From positions 111,155-175,154 of IMG/VR virus record IMGVR_UViG_3300028048_000052: a DNA stretch of 64,000 bases, one strand, 5' to 3'. The notes beneath the pieces were generated by a model, which saw nothing but the letters and a program-made list of their open reading frames with translations, had not been told where the DNA came from and did not search any database. Source of the stretch: a virus (Duplodnaviria > Caudoviricetes). A program made the translations under genes and the position numbers. This document shows positions 42,591 through 56,742 of the stretch, one piece after another. Position 1 is the stretch's first letter; each line of letters begins with the position of its first letter.

Positions 42591-42640
42591 AAAAAAAAGA
42601 GGAAGAAAGTTTATAAAAAAGCTTTCTTCCTCAAAGTTTT
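42591..42640 (-). terminator. Probable intrinsic terminator
   Basis: GAGGAAGAAAG...CTTTCTTCCTC inverted repeat with a flanking A run on +. Confidence 0.55.
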
Positions 42641-42703
42641 TATTATTTCTTTCTAATACATATTAAAAAGATAAAAGATTGATTAATAGGGTTTGCCCGT
42701 TAA

Positions 42704-44251
42704 TTAAAATTGACCCCAAACGATATCAATTGTTGTGGTATCGCCAGAACCAGAAATTGCAATGCTACCAGTAGAAGCTAACTTCAAACTGATCGTGCCT
42801 AAATCTCCATCATTGGTATGAGTAATTGTAGCAACATTGTTTGCAACAGATGAAGTTGTCGTCCAAGCACCAGCATCAAGCTGTGTATCAACAACAGTAA
42901 CTGTCTTAGTAGCAACAGCAGTAACATGCCCTTGTGCATTAGTGGTAACACCAGTAACAACATCAAAGACTAAGTTAGTACTAGGAGACTGAGTTTCAGC
43001 ACCCTTTGTTGGATCAGTACGAGTAACATTAGCATGCTTAACTTCAATACTATTACCATTAGTTGATGTAGTATCTGTTAATTCAATACTCGTTCCAGCA
43101 GTAAGAGCGATCTGTGCAACAGGATCATCATCACTATTGTTAATTACAATACCATGAGTAGTTGCGCTTCCAGCATAAGTGGTATCAGTATCATTGCCCT
43201 TAACTACATCAAAAGTTGCACTAGCAGAAGGAATTACACCATCTGTTTCAGTGCCCTGAACAATGACTAAATAACCCGGCTTAACTGCTTTTCCACCAAT
43301 TGTGAATTCTTGATCAGCTAACCATACATCACCATTGTGAAGTGTAGAACCAGTGATCGTAGCAGCGGAAGAAGCAACGCCTCTATAAGTCATTGCATTG
43401 ATTGTCTTTTCAAGATTATCAATAGCATTAGTTAATTCAGCACTTGTCGGTACACTTAAAGTAGCAACGCCATTTACAAAATGAACTGTCTGATTTGCGC
43501 TATTACCATAGACAATAGTTGGATCTAATGTTACTGGGAAGTCAGTTCCACCACCAGTGCTAATTTCCCATTTAAAGCCAGTAGCTTCGTTTGAAGCAGT
43601 AAAATCATCAATACCACTAACGCCATCTTCCTTAACTTGGAACTTAATGCTACCATCTGCTTCACGAGAAACGTTAATACTAGTACTATCAACTAATTTA
43701 ACAAAGCTATCGCCACTAGCAAGAGCAGTACCATTCTGAGAAGGTGTTAAATTAATTCTAACATCATTATTATCCGCAGCTGTACTAACAGCATAAGTTG
43801 TATCAGGAGCAACGCCAATAGTTAACTCGCCATTTGCGCCCTGACCAATCGTTACATTGTTTGTCGCAGCGGCGACAGTGAAACTACCATTGACCTCATT
43901 ACCATGAGTATCTTCTGCATGGAAAGAAACTACACCATTATTTACAGATAAAGCATCATTTGCAGCTTCTAATTGAGTATCAACATTTGTTTGTAACCAA
44001 GTAGTACCATTGCTCCAAGCTAAAATATTGCCATCTGTTACATAATAGAATTCGCCCTGATGTTGAGCAGCGGCTGGTAATACACTTACGCTTGTAACAG
44101 TTGTAATACCTTCGGCAATTGGTAATAACTCGTTGCCATTACCCAAGAATAAACGCTTGCTATCGGTTGTGATATATAACGCACCATCTTGAATACTACT
44201 ACCAGAAGGTAAATTAGCTTGTAAGCCACGTAAAAACTTTACATTTGCCAT
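42704..44251 (-). CDS. Tail fibre-like protein (no TGA)
   Basis: N-terminal VKFLRG..ANLP...GALYITTD..RLFLG fibre-attachment motif; Thr/Ala/Gly-rich; ends IVWGQF. Confidence 0.6.
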   Translation of the reverse strand: MANVKFLRGLQANLPSGSSIQDGALYITTDSKRLFLGNGNELLPIAEGITTVTSVSVLPAAAQHQGEFYYVTDGNILAWSNGTTWLQTNVDTQLEAANDALSVNNGVVSFHAEDTHGNEVNGSFTVAAATNNVTIGQGANGELTIGVAPDTTYAVSTAADNNDVRINLTPSQNGTALASGDSFVKLVDSTSINVSREADGSIKFQVKEDGVSGIDDFTASNEATGFKWEISTGGGTDFPVTLDPTIVYGNSANQTVHFVNGVATLSVPTSAELTNAIDNLEKTINAMTYRGVASSAATITGSTLHNGDVWLADQEFTIGGKAVKPGYLVIVQGTETDGVIPSASATFDVVKGNDTDTTYAGSATTHGIVINNSDDDPVAQIALTAGTSIELTDTTSTNGNSIEVKHANVTRTDPTKGAETQSPSTNLVFDVVTGVTTNAQGHVTAVATKTVTVVDTQLDAGAWTTTSSVANNVATITHTNDGDLGTISLKLASTGSIAISGSGDTTTIDIVWGQF

Positions 44252-44276
44252 ATATTATTTTTTCCTCCGTTATTTA

Positions 44277-45053
44277 TTATTCTTCTTCTGACCCATCGAT
44301 TCTCATTCATCTTAAACGACTATCTAGGTCATCAATCTGATCTTGTAAATCAGTATCTTTTGCCTTTAAGGCATTGATTTCATCTTCTAAATTGCCAACA
44401 CTTGTTTCAACAACAGTTAATCTTGAATTGATTTCTGATGCACTATCTGGGTGGTCAGCAATTCAATCTGCGATTTCTTTGAGAGTATCGAAATCTTCGC
44501 TTGCGCCAGCCACAATCTTTGCAACTTCTTCAGCGGCGACTTCTCTCATTGATAAGGCAGAGTCTTCACCCCTAATAGTATTAACATCTGTCCTCAGTTG
44601 GACAAGCTCTTGCGCCTGTATCTCTGATAACCCAGCGACCTCTGCCCAAGTGCCATCTCCACGCAAGAATTTTTCTTGATCTCCAGCGCGTGGGGCAGGA
44701 ACAATACCAGCAACACCGTCAACAGTTGCAGTAGCTCCAACCATTTGGACCAAACTGCCGGTAATATCATCAAAGACTTCACTAAATGGTTTATTTACCC
44801 ATTTTTGCTGTTCCCCATCATATACCAAAATAGAATTTGGTGATATATTACCACTTAACAGTATATCTTCTAAATCAGATAACGAAATATTAGAAGTTAA
44901 ACTTCCGCTAATTAATTTGTCACCTAAATATAGAAGGCCAGTAATCGCATTATTTTCAGAAATAAAATACAAGCAATCAGCATCTTTTGTGGCTAATGCC
45001 TGAAACTGTGCAGGAGTGCCACGTCTAAATTTTACATAATTTGCTAATGCCAA
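44277..45053 (-). CDS. Tail fibre-associated protein (258 aa; 2 TGA=Trp)
   Basis: VKFRRGT; GIVPAP...KFLRGDGTW; DTLKEIAD-TGA-I matches the recurrent phage DTLKEIADWI motif; ends at TAA 44277. Confidence 0.7.
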
Positions 45054-45155
45054 GGTAATATTCCTCCTTCATTTTATCTCTTTCACTCTTATTTAATAAA
45101 TATAAACAAAAAAATAAACTGGCTTGCCCAAAGGACAAGCCAGTTCAATATTTTT

Positions 45156-48100
45156 TTATTGCCATGCATTGAGTAATTCTCAATAATTACGGTCTATATT
45201 ATCGGTAAAACTTCCTGTTTTTACGCCATTCTTTGTTTTGATATAAATGTAATTCTTTTCTGGTTGTGGAGCAACATAATTTGACTCACCTTGAGTTCCA
45301 GATTCTGCGACTGCGTCTGAATGACATACCCAAATCCATCCAGATTTTACATCAGGAACAGACATTTCATTACTACCTAAACCTGTTGTTAAATTCGTAG
45401 GGATATGGTCTGGATCAGAACGAATAATACCGCAATAGTTATTAATAATACCGCTTTCATTACCACTGCCTTCAATAGTCTGATTATTAATATTATTAAT
45501 CTGCGCTTGAAGTTTATTCAAACCTTGCCCTAAAGTATCTGTCGCCGCGATTGGCGTATTAGATCCTCTATTGCTAGGACTATCTAAATCAGTTAATGGT
45601 CTATTGGCGATATGATCTAATTGCCATTGCAATTTAGCAATTGCTTCGGTAAGATTATCGTTGTCATCAACGTTATCGCCCATCGATTCATTAATGTCAT
45701 TAATATAATAATTATCATAATCATTTAACGTTATGTTGTTAGCACCGGCGTTAATATGAGTAATTAATTTATTAAATGCATCACGCACAGTATCAGCAGA
45801 AGTAATTGAAACATTTCCAGAAGGAGAAGTTAAAGTACCAATTGTTGCACTACCATTTGTTTCTAATAAAATATCAGCAACTTTAACAGTGGTTTCTTTT
45901 TCTCCAATCACGTGTCCTGCGTTATCAATAACAGGGCTATGAAGAACTATCCTATTGCCAGTAGCATCATCTGGGACAAAACCAAATGGATCATGGGCTC
46001 TATCATTATTGGCTTCATCAGCCTCTAATGTATCTTTTAAAGCATCTACGTAACCACTTAATTCATCATTACGATCTGCGTCTTCGCTTAATGGCAAATG
46101 GGTTGAATTTTCTCCATCAAAATCATTAACATTGTCATGCACAATATCTAATATCATTTGACCAGTTTCTTCATCAAAACTAGGAGTAAGACTAACTCAA
46201 GATTCGCCATTATCATTTTCAGAATTTAAAGCGACTGGCCCAAGTTTACCATATTCATTAACTCCATATAATTGGCCCGGAATTAATGGTTGTTCAAATC
46301 CATCAATAATATCGTGCAATTGGTTAAGGCAACCCTGAACGGTATTATTATCACGAGTTCTTGTATTACCAGATTGCAAAACCTCATTTATTCTTAATAA
46401 TAAGCCATGTAAAGTATTAATATTTCTAGCAAAATCATTTAATTCTTTAAAGACTTTTGAATCTTGTTTAATGCCAATCTTTAATTTTGGATTTTCTCCG
46501 CCAAAATATTTTTCGATATCAGAATCTTCTAAAATAATTTGTGTATTTAACTTTTGATATTTTGTAAAATCATCTTCTACTGATTCATCAACATCTATAA
46601 TATAATACTCATTACCAGCGACATATAAATTCATTGGCAATTGCCCAGTAGAGAAATCAGGCCTATCAGCTGGCATATACTTATTACCATCTTTGTAATA
46701 AAGAGTAAATTCTGTATAATATCCATTTTTTCCTGCGGTGATATACTCATTATCTACATCAAAGTTACTCGTTAATCCGAAGCCTACAAAACTTTCATCT
46801 TCAAGTTTTCCTCAATTTGGTTGATCTTTAATTTGCCAATAAGTATATTCTTCACTAACTCCATTGAAATCTAAATCTTCTTCTCTTAAAGAAACTCTAT
46901 TAAATGAAATAATTGGATTATTTTGTTCATCTATAGTACTTAAATTAAATTCTTCACTTACATCTTCACCAGCCTCAATTGCCAATGCCCTTGCTTTTAA
47001 TGGATCGTCTTCAGGGTGCCTAAAGTCAGCATAATAACATCCAGTAGTTGGTAAAGTTACCTTTTTCTTTGTGGCTGTTGCATAATGACTCTCACTTGGA
47101 TCATGATTATAATATAACGGCCAGCCTAATTCTATTTTTCCTTCAGTACCATAATCTTTGTAATAACTTCTATTATTAAATAATATCCTATTTAAATCAA
47201 TATGGCCAAATTCAGAAGTAACGGTTTCTCCTTCTGGGGATAGCTCTGGTGCGTGTTCATAATAATAGTGGACTTGAATTGGCTCGTTTAAATTAATTTC
47301 TGAGCTATTGGTTGCATTTCGCAATGCTTCCTTAAATTCATCAGCACTCTTTATATCACCGTTGCTATATTTTACTCATAGATTATCTGTACCAATTTTA
47401 ACTTCTGATAATTTTATATAGTTATTTCTATTAGGATCTGCGTTTTTATCTGCTTTAAGGACATACCAACGTTCATTGTCTAACATGTATCCACTAACTT
47501 CATGGAAATCTAATAACTCATACCATTTATCTGCTATTTGAGCCCCTTGTTTTCATTGATTTATTAAATATTCTCCATTATGTGCTTCATAAAAATGCTT
47601 TGGTGCACTTGGTTCTTGCGCGTCAGTGTAACCAGTAGGAATTTCTGTTTTTTCTAAATAATAAATTTCATTTTTATTAATTTTACTAGCACTTCCGACG
47701 TATTTTAATGTACTTGGTAATGTGTAGTATTTCCAACCTTCAGAAGCAATACCACTTCCATTAACACGTTTATAAATATTGCCGTTAATTTCATTACTAT
47801 AAACATTGTCTGGCATCTTATTTGCCATAACTTCAAAGTAATTATCATTACCGGTCTCATAATTTTCTTTAAATTGTTCAGCTGTTAAAGTTTCAAGCTC
47901 AGTATAAGGTATTTCTTTAAAGCCAACACTTTTTGAAACATAGTAGTAATGACCTTGCTGAATATTTTTATCTGCTGGTTCGCCGTCTTCATTTAAAGCG
48001 TTATAATCTTTTGTTGCATAATAAATTTGCCAAGTATGCGCTTTTTGAGGATCGGCATAATCATCAGTAGTTGGAATATCCTCGTTTGTAATAATCATAC

Positions 48101-49709
48101 CCATTAAATCATGAGCACTATTAATTGTTCCAACTAAAGAATCGCCCTCTTCTGGAACGTATTCTGTATAGTCATCTTCTCTTGTATAATGTACTAAGTG
48201 CTGTTTTTCATTATGAGCTGTTAAAATATCATTTGCATCTTCCCACGCATGAAGAGTTTTTCTTTTATTGGTTTGCTTATAAAGTCCAGATTTAAATTCT
48301 TCACCTTTATATTCAATATATTTTTCTTCATTTGGGTCAAGTTTTTCATAATAAGATTCATTCGCGTCAAAATCTTCTTCTAAAATCGGCTCATAACCAC
48401 TCACGCCATAAATTATATCCCACATTTCTGCGACAGTATCGCCAAGAGCAGGCAAAATAACGCTTAAACCTTTCATATCATCATAAGGTTTGTTTTCAAA
48501 GTTTGTTGTAGAATCTTCATCTTGATTTGCATATTTTGTGCCAGATTGATAATTGTCTATTTGAATAACGTTTTTGTCTTTGCCAACTCCAGAATAAACA
48601 CTATTATCTCTGCTGAAGCCTATTTTATTAAAATATATAGCTCCATTATAACTCTTTATAGTAGACTCATTTATTTTATGTTGTGTATCTAATTCAGTTC
48701 TTTTTAACTCTAATAAGCCAACATCTGTTTTTCCATCCAAATGAGGAATATCTTCTTTTAATTCATCAACATCTGCAATCATAAAACCCCAAGGAGTTTG
48801 CATATGTAAATTATAATAAACATTTGTACTATCTTTATCAAAATGCAATGTCCTTGGTACATCGCTTGGTGAATCAGAGGTTAATGCAAATGTTGGAACC
48901 ACTGAATTTAATTCAGCGATATTCACATATTTTGCTTTACCGTCATTACCATAAACTTTGCGCCAAACGGTTGAATCATAGCCTCTACCTAAGCCATAAA
49001 CAGCCTTATCAATAGCAAAGTTTGTTGTATAAGCATCTTCCGTTTCTACAACATTATCGCTATTCCAAGGAAGGCCAATTTCTTCGCCCTCTTTCCCATA
49101 TAAGAACCATCTATTTCTTAATGCATCAATATAATGATATGGTTTTGAATAAATATCATTTTCATTAGAAGATGAATAAATATCGCTTTCTTGAACATAA
49201 CAATAAACAGGTATTTCAGTAATTTCTTGGGTAATTTGATCTTTTGTATAAAGAACTATTCCTTCTTCATTTTCTCAATCAATGGTTTTTATTAAGTGAT
49301 CGCCATGCTCATCAGCTTCTTTGGCTCTATAAGCAATAGTAGGGGTCATTTCATAAATAACTTTTGAATAATTACCACTTTCCCAATTAACTTCTTCTTT
49401 TATATCATTAAATTCTTCGCTTAAATATAAATAATAACAAAGATCACTTAAATTATCTCCATCATCTTTCGTTTTATAAGCACTAAGAATTTCTGCTTTT
49501 GCATAGTATTTACCATTTTTATTATAAACAGTTTTAACCGCTTCGACAGGATTTTCATTTAATGGTTGATCATATTCAACTAAAACATATCTACCACCAA
49601 AAACGCTATCAGTATTAGCGTTTTGTTCCATTATAGTTCTATTAGAATAAATTCTATCAAACTTAAAAGAATTACTTGTGGTATTCCTTATATTTCCATA
49701 GAAACCCAT
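45156..49709 (-). CDS. Large virion/tail protein (1517 aa; 6 TGA=Trp)
   Basis: Five track fragments share one frame with no TAA/TAG between them; TGA at 49275, 47553, 47376, 46812, 46197, 45180. Confidence 0.75.
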
Positions 49710-49712
49710 AAA

Positions 49713-50069
49713 TTACTCCTCCTCTCCTTCATACACTATATCAACAATCAAAAATCCATTACCAGCTTCGCCAGCCTCTTCAATTGTTTTCATAGATTTG
49801 GCGTCAAAACGCAAAGCACTAATTGATGCCTTATCTTGTAAATCTAATTCATAAATACCAGTAGCGCCAACAATTATAGGATCAATTCCTCCATTTAAGA
49901 AAAATTTTGTTCCCGGCAAAGCTTGAATACCTAATTGATAAATTGGCGTTTTATCTGCAAATAAACTACCAGTAAAAAAGGATTCAATTGTGGCACCTTC
50001 TGGGAAAACATTAGTGCTATTGGGGTCAACATTATTTTTAACTCATCTATATTGATAAGCCTTTCTCAT
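49713..50069 (-). CDS. Hypothetical virion protein (118 aa; TGA at codon 9)
   Basis: AGGAGG RBS; MRKAYQYR-W-VK...QLGIQALPGTKF. Confidence 0.65.
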
Positions 50070-50083
50070 TCTCCATTTCCTCC

Positions 50084-53000
50084 TTAATATATTATTTCAG
50101 CGCTCTTAACCGCAGAAACGGACATAATTCCATTAAATGTTAATGGAATTGTAATTCTGTTAACTAAATATTCTCCATTTATCTTACTATCTTCATCATA
50201 AACCATTACTTTTGTATTTGGCTGTAAATGATAAATAGGTATTGAATTAATTGAAATTGATTCAATACAATATAAATAAAGATTGATATATTCTTCCATA
50301 ACGTCATACGCGCTCTTGCCTTGCGAACTTATATTAAATACAGACGCTAATTCATCATTGTATTGCAAATAAGTATAGCCAGATTTTCTATCTACAGTTG
50401 AAATATCTGTGGTATATAAAGCCGTAGGCGTTTCTCTAAAGTATATGGCTTTAACCATATTATCATTAACAGATTTTGACCTATCTCCAATAGCAGGGAC
50501 TGAATATTTAACTAAATCTGTGCTTTCATCAGCTTCTAAAAAATCAAATCAGAAATTAAGATTTTCTGGCGCATTTAAAATTTCAACATTTCAACCATCA
50601 TTGGTATCTTGGTCTTCTATTCACGAATCAACCCATTTAAAAGTTTGTCAATCATCGTAACTCATATTTAATCCATAAACAATACCATTTGGATTACTAA
50701 AATATATTCCTTGCTCGCTATCTGGTTTTATCGCATCAGTAGTAAATACCCATCCACCGCTAGTATTTCTCTCTGTTCATACGCCAGAAGGATAAAGAAC
50801 TTCCATTAATTGCGGCGGACAATATAATTGACGCCAAAATCCTTCCATATCAACATAATATTGTTCATATCCTGTTCTACCAGAAGGATAATACCATTGA
50901 TTATTTAAATCAAGCCCATTATTTGTTCTTACTTTAAGATAAAAATCATCATCATGATTATGCTTTCTATAGTCAAGTGCCATTTGGAAAATAATTTCAC
51001 GCCAATCGCATACATATATTGTATTATCTTCACTTATTTTTCCATTTTCGCCCACTTTTGGCATTCTGTCAACAAATCGATATCCTTTTTCTGCAATTAA
51101 CGCATCGATTTCTTCATCGCTTAATTGTTTTTCTACTTCTTCTTCAATGTATTCTATAAAAGTTTCATCGTTTGTTTTAGTAGGGAAATTAGGAGAATAA
51201 AAATAAGCATAAGCTTCTACAACTTTTTTATTCCTATGTATTCTTTCTTCTTCTGGTTTATCCATAATAGAAAATCAATCTTCAAAATCTTCATAAGTAT
51301 GTATAGAACAACCGCTGAAAGGAGCAATATATCATCTAGTAATTCCATCATCATCTTGAATATTTTTATCTTCAGTGCCATTATGTTCAACAGAAACATA
51401 AAAACTTCCATCTTCATATTTATAAGCATTAAATAATCATATATTATTAGTTGATGTAGAATTCCTTATTATTTGGCCATTAAAAAATGTAGAAAAATCC
51501 AAATTCTCAACATAGCCTTTTGGCTGTGTTACATCTCCACTCGGATTTGTAGCATACATCCGCATATGATTTATAGGATCATTGCCGGTTAAATATTTAT
51601 AATAAGTATGTCAATCTCGCAAATCTCACCATCCAGCAGTTCATGAGCCATCTTTATTTTTTGTTGGTTTTTGGAGGCCATCAATCACTTTATGAGTTGG
51701 TTCAAAATTTTCTATATTTCTCTTTATTCTTTTACGAATTTTTTCACGAGCCTCGTCTTTAACCATTTCAACTAATTGATCATAGGTAACATCAACAATA
51801 CCTTCGTCCTTTTTAACTCACCATTGTCCGGTTTTAGTTACCCACTCTTTTCCATCGAATGCTTTGTAATAAGTTGGTTTTTTATCCACAGCATATCTCA
51901 AGTGAACTGGGAGTTCAGACCCGGTGACAGATGCTTTTGTCCCTCATATTGAAAAATCATTTCTTACATTACTTAAAGCTGGGTTATTAGCGTAACTTGT
52001 TACTAAAAAACTATCACCAAAAGTCCATGTAATTGGGGATGAATAAAACGCGCTTTCTACATAAGTTTCATCAATTGTTGTTACATAAGAATTTTGATTC
52101 CCTGTTTTTATATTATTTCAAGTTTTATCAATAAAAGTTGGTTTTCTTTGGAAAATAAATCTTCCATCAATATCGTAAAAATATTCAAAGTTGCCTAACA
52201 TGGCTACTAATTTATCTAACATTGCCGTAATAGGTTCTCCAACAGAAAGAATTAAGTCTCCGGGATATGTAATATCTGTTAAACGGTAACCACATGTTTG
52301 GCCATTTTCAACTTTTACAACAGTATAAATATAATTATAATTTATTATACTTTCTTTGTTTTCATCAATATCTGATAAGAAAAATTTAGTAGCAGTAATT
52401 GAGTGCACTCCACCCAGATCCAATTCTATTCTTGGGTCATAATTTAACACATTGCCATCTTCGTCTTTATAATTAGCAATTTCACTAATTGAAATACCAT
52501 GAGTATTATCAACAGGTTCGCCATCAATTGTTTGAATATTTGCTAAAATATATTGGCCATCTTTTAATTTTGCTGGATAAACTTTCTGCTCTCCATTAAA
52601 AAAACTTTGATAACAATCTTTTGTATTATCTTCTGCATTTAGTCTAAAGAGTAAATACATTGGATCATTGCCGTTGTAATCAAGTAATTCTATTCCATAA
52701 TCATCTAAATCATTAACAACAATATTTTCTCAAGGTTCATCAGCATAAGCATGCACTGCTTCTCTGATAATATTCTTAATAGGAATATAGCTAATTGTGG
52801 TTATACCGTTTTGATAATATTCTTCTTTACCAAAATCAACAGACGCAAATAAAGACCCACTTAATTCACCATTAAGTAAAGTCATTTTGTCTTTACCGGT
52901 TATATTAATTGTATAACTGCTCACAGCCTGAGAAGTCGTAAAAGCAGATATCACATAAGTTCCCATAGGAAACCAAATAATATCTTCATAGCCATACCCA

Positions 53001-53284
53001 ACGGTATTGCGTAATCCTACATATAATTTAAATCTATTTTTTAATCCCCAATAATATTGATTAATATTTAAATCTTTTGCGACAAGACTTAATGTACAGG
53101 TACGACGGACACTAGAGGATCCATCTAAACTAACGGATCCCCCAGTCACCTGTCCTTGTATTTCTTCTATTGGGTCATTTTGCAAAGTTAAAGCAATAAT
53201 CTTTGCAAATACTTCTTTTTCTCTATGACGATATAATTCTTTTAAGAACTCGTCATCTAATAATGGATTTTTATTCAATGCCAC
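50084..53284 (-). CDS. Tail/baseplate protein, DUF5048-like N-terminus (1066 aa; ~15 TGA=Trp)
   Basis: Four fragments in one frame with no TAA/TAG; GGSVSLDGSSSVRRTCTL, EYFYDIDGRFIFQ, NDFSI-W-G, LNF-W-FDFL. Confidence 0.75.
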
Positions 53285-56200
53285 GTTCCTCCTTATATCG
53301 TTCTATTTCTTTGTCTAAAAGATCAAGATATTCTTCTTTTAAAGGATCAATTTGCTTCCTGCAAGCCTCAGAAATATCTAATCTTTGTTCATAATCTTCT
53401 TTTCATTCATCATCATAATAATCATATAACTCTTCTGCGGTATCTTTTCTTGTGTAGAAGAGTCCTGTATAATTATCGATTGCTTCTTGCAATTCTTCAC
53501 GTTTACTTCGAAGATTATTATTTGTATTTTCAACACTATATTCAATTTCTCTTGCTTGATAAGAAAGATTTAATATAACACCATCACCAACATAAATATC
53601 AGTAATTTGTGGTATAAGATCAGTTTTAAATTTACCAGTATTTGCTAAATCAATGTAAGGTTGTAAGATTTCTCCATCTGGTTTATATAACTCACCATTG
53701 TGATAAACTATCCCTTCACTAACTCCGGTATTAATATAAATTCTTGAAGAATATCCATCAACAACATAATAATATCCATCTTTATAAATTAAATAATAGT
53801 CTCCATTTTCAAAAGTATAATATTTATTATATTCAACGTATGGATCAGCGGTATAATATGTCGCATCAACATAATATCCTTCATTTTTATGATATTCAAC
53901 AGGAATTAAAACTCATTGACCATTTTGATAAACACTAACGATATGAGCACCCGCAGGATCTTCTCCAGAAGTATTATAATTAAATTCTTCTTTTCCATAA
54001 TACTCTTCCAAAAGTAAGAAATCTTCCGGAACAAGTTTAATTTGCTTAATTTTTTGGGCAACTGCTTCATCATTTTTATAACGAACATAATTGCTAACTT
54101 GCGCCAATGTTAAATTATATTTATTTAACATTTCTATAACTTGTTTTTTCAATTCTTTTAACTCTCATGGGGATAATGTATCAATATAATTATGAGGAAT
54201 ATCTCCGTCTATACTGCCACCATGGTGGAAGATTGGATGAATTTTATAAATATATAAAGAATTCTCCAATGGACTAAATGTTTCTCCGGTAATATCACCA
54301 TAAGAATGTCCCTTATTTTCACCCGGCATTTTTACCTTATCGAAAGAGAACCAATCATTGAATTCATCTGGAGGAATAGGGCGTTTAAGATCTGGAATTG
54401 CACCATCGTTCCAAGTATAAATATTTTCAACCTGTTTTAATTCAGCTTGAATGCTTAAAACATTAATTAATTCTGTTTTTGTATCGGTAATTTCATCTAA
54501 TACATTGGATGAAATGTCTCCTCCAATAAATTGTTTGCATGGAACATCAATAAGCTTTTGTCCGACAATTAAATCAAAACTATTAGCGTACATATCTGTA
54601 TATTTATAAGTAAATAAGCCATTATAATCTTCAAGAATATAATTAGATGAAGTACTTTCAATGGGTTTTATTTTTACAGAATTAATATTTTCTGGTCTTT
54701 CTAAAATAAGTTGCCCAGTATTTCCAATAATATATGGTTTATCATTAATTAATATCATATCTCCAGAATTCATATCGTCAAAATAAATTGCATAAGCATG
54801 CAATGTATTATTGCTATATGGATCTTTTAATAATTCTATATATCCATCTTCTCCAACGGGATAATCTTTATTTAATCCTGTAATAATTGGGATATAGGTT
54901 TTATCTCCTTCATGAGTTTGATATCCAAGAGGAATAGTTCTATAATATTTTCTTTGCTTCTCTTCATCGCTTAACCCATTATTAATAAAACCAAAATTAA
55001 CTAAATTTTCATAAACACAATCCGCAACTTCGTAAGCCGTACAAGAAAAAGTATGAAGCATACGCCCAAGAGAATCAGTTGGCGTTAAATTTGTATTAAG
55101 TAAACGCACAATATAATTACCTTCAGTTGGAGATCTAAATAATTTTGGTTTACCATTAGTTAGCCATTCCAGCACCTCTAATTTAAATCTGCGCTCAGAC
55201 GCAATATTGTGACTTGTTAAATTAGTGGTTTTTGCGTTAATTGGTAGCTCATCATCAGAATTTGTTTTATTCCTGCTCCGATTAGTAATATCAATAACCC
55301 CAATTTCATCATTAGTTAAAAATAACTCTTGCTCATCCCCCAAATATGAGATAAGCCCAGAAATTGGAAATTCTTTATAATTAACATGCCCATTTCTAAA
55401 TATAAATGGATATTTACTACCAATCGTGTCTGTTTTTGCTTCTGGAATATCATTTTTAAAATTTGATACTTTTGGATTAAATCTAATTTTTAATTGGCGC
55501 TGACCATCAAATAAAAACGCATCTTCAAAATCAGCAAAAACTTCATTTGATAATACTCGGTCAGTATAAATACCAGCTTCATTAAATTGCCTAATAGCAT
55601 ATTGATAAGTTTCACCATGAGTTATAGTGAAATCTCTTCAGAATGTTTTCGTGGCAACTTCATTTTGTAAAATAAATAAATCTATGACTTCCCAATGTCT
55701 TGGGTTTTTCATATTTCTTCTACTAATTTCAAATGCGCCGGTTAATGTTGCATTTTCACCAGCAGAGCCAAGACTCTTTAATTTTAAAAGCATAAAACCG
55801 TTATCATAATCTGGTGTTGCGGTAAACTCCAATTTTAATGTCGTGCCAATACTGTTCTTTTGGAGAATGTTATATTTAGGACTTGAACACTCCATTTTAT
55901 TAGAAGTAATAACTTGATATTGTAAATAATAAGTTGTGTCATCATCTAAATCATCAGTATATTTAAAAATATCATTCGCACTTAATGAATTAACATCATT
56001 TATTGTATTATGCAAGACCCATCCGGTATCATAGAATACTTCACCAGAAGTAGTATACGTAATTATGAAACGATATTGCGCAATTTTTTCCATTGGGTCA
56101 TCTTCATGTTCAAAAACACCTAAATAATATCCGGCAAAAAGATTGCTCTTTTTATCAGAAAGACCATCAATATAAATCTTTGGTCCATTTAATCCATAAT

Positions 56201-56516
56201 ATTTAACTACTCCGACAGTAGAGTAATACCCAACTGTTGAATATTCATCATTGCCAATATAAGCAAGTTGTATTTTATAATATTGGCCCGGAGTTAATTC
56301 AACTTTTTCAATATTAAATTTTGCTTGAGAGGTAGTATAGCTAGTACTCTCTATATTTGCAACAAAAGTATTTGTTTGTATTGTTTTTATTTTTAAAGAA
56401 AAGCCTTTAATATCAGCTTTACTAACTGCCCTGTTCATAGAAAACGGGACAACCAAAGTTGTCCCGTAAAAAGCTGGTATTGTGCCTTCTATGACAGGAG
56501 GATACAATTTTGCCAT
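53271..56516 (-). CDS. Distal-tail/baseplate-like protein (1081 aa; 4 TGA=Trp)
   Basis: Fragments fuse via TGA 55638, 54165, 53913, 53403; WLTNGKPKLFRSPTEGNYIV; stop overlaps the next GTG. Confidence 0.72.
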
Positions 56517-56519
56517 AAT

Positions 56520-56708
56520 TTATTCTCCTTCCACAACCGGTTCTGTATTAGAAGCCATAATAGGTTCTTCTTTTATTTCAACAGTATTAGCAAGTTGCTC
56601 CATGAGCGCTAAGATTTTTGCCATTGTTTTTGTATCTTCGCCTTTGGTAGAAATTGTTAATAAAGCGTTGTAAATATTAATAAATTGTTCTGCCTGTTGT
56701 TTTGTCAT
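56520..56708 (-). CDS. Small hypothetical protein
   Basis: AGGAGG RBS; tight packing with neighbours. Confidence 0.6.
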   Translation of the reverse strand: MTKQQAEQFINIYNALLTISTKGEDTKTMAKILALMEQLANTVEIKEEPIMASNTEPVVEGE

Positions 56709-56742
56709 AGTATGACCTCCTTTTTCTCTATATATTATTATA

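Noticed and set aside
33446-44251. Diversity-generating retroelement or CRISPR array
   Set aside because: No reverse transcriptase, template/variable repeat pair or spaced direct repeats were seen by eye.
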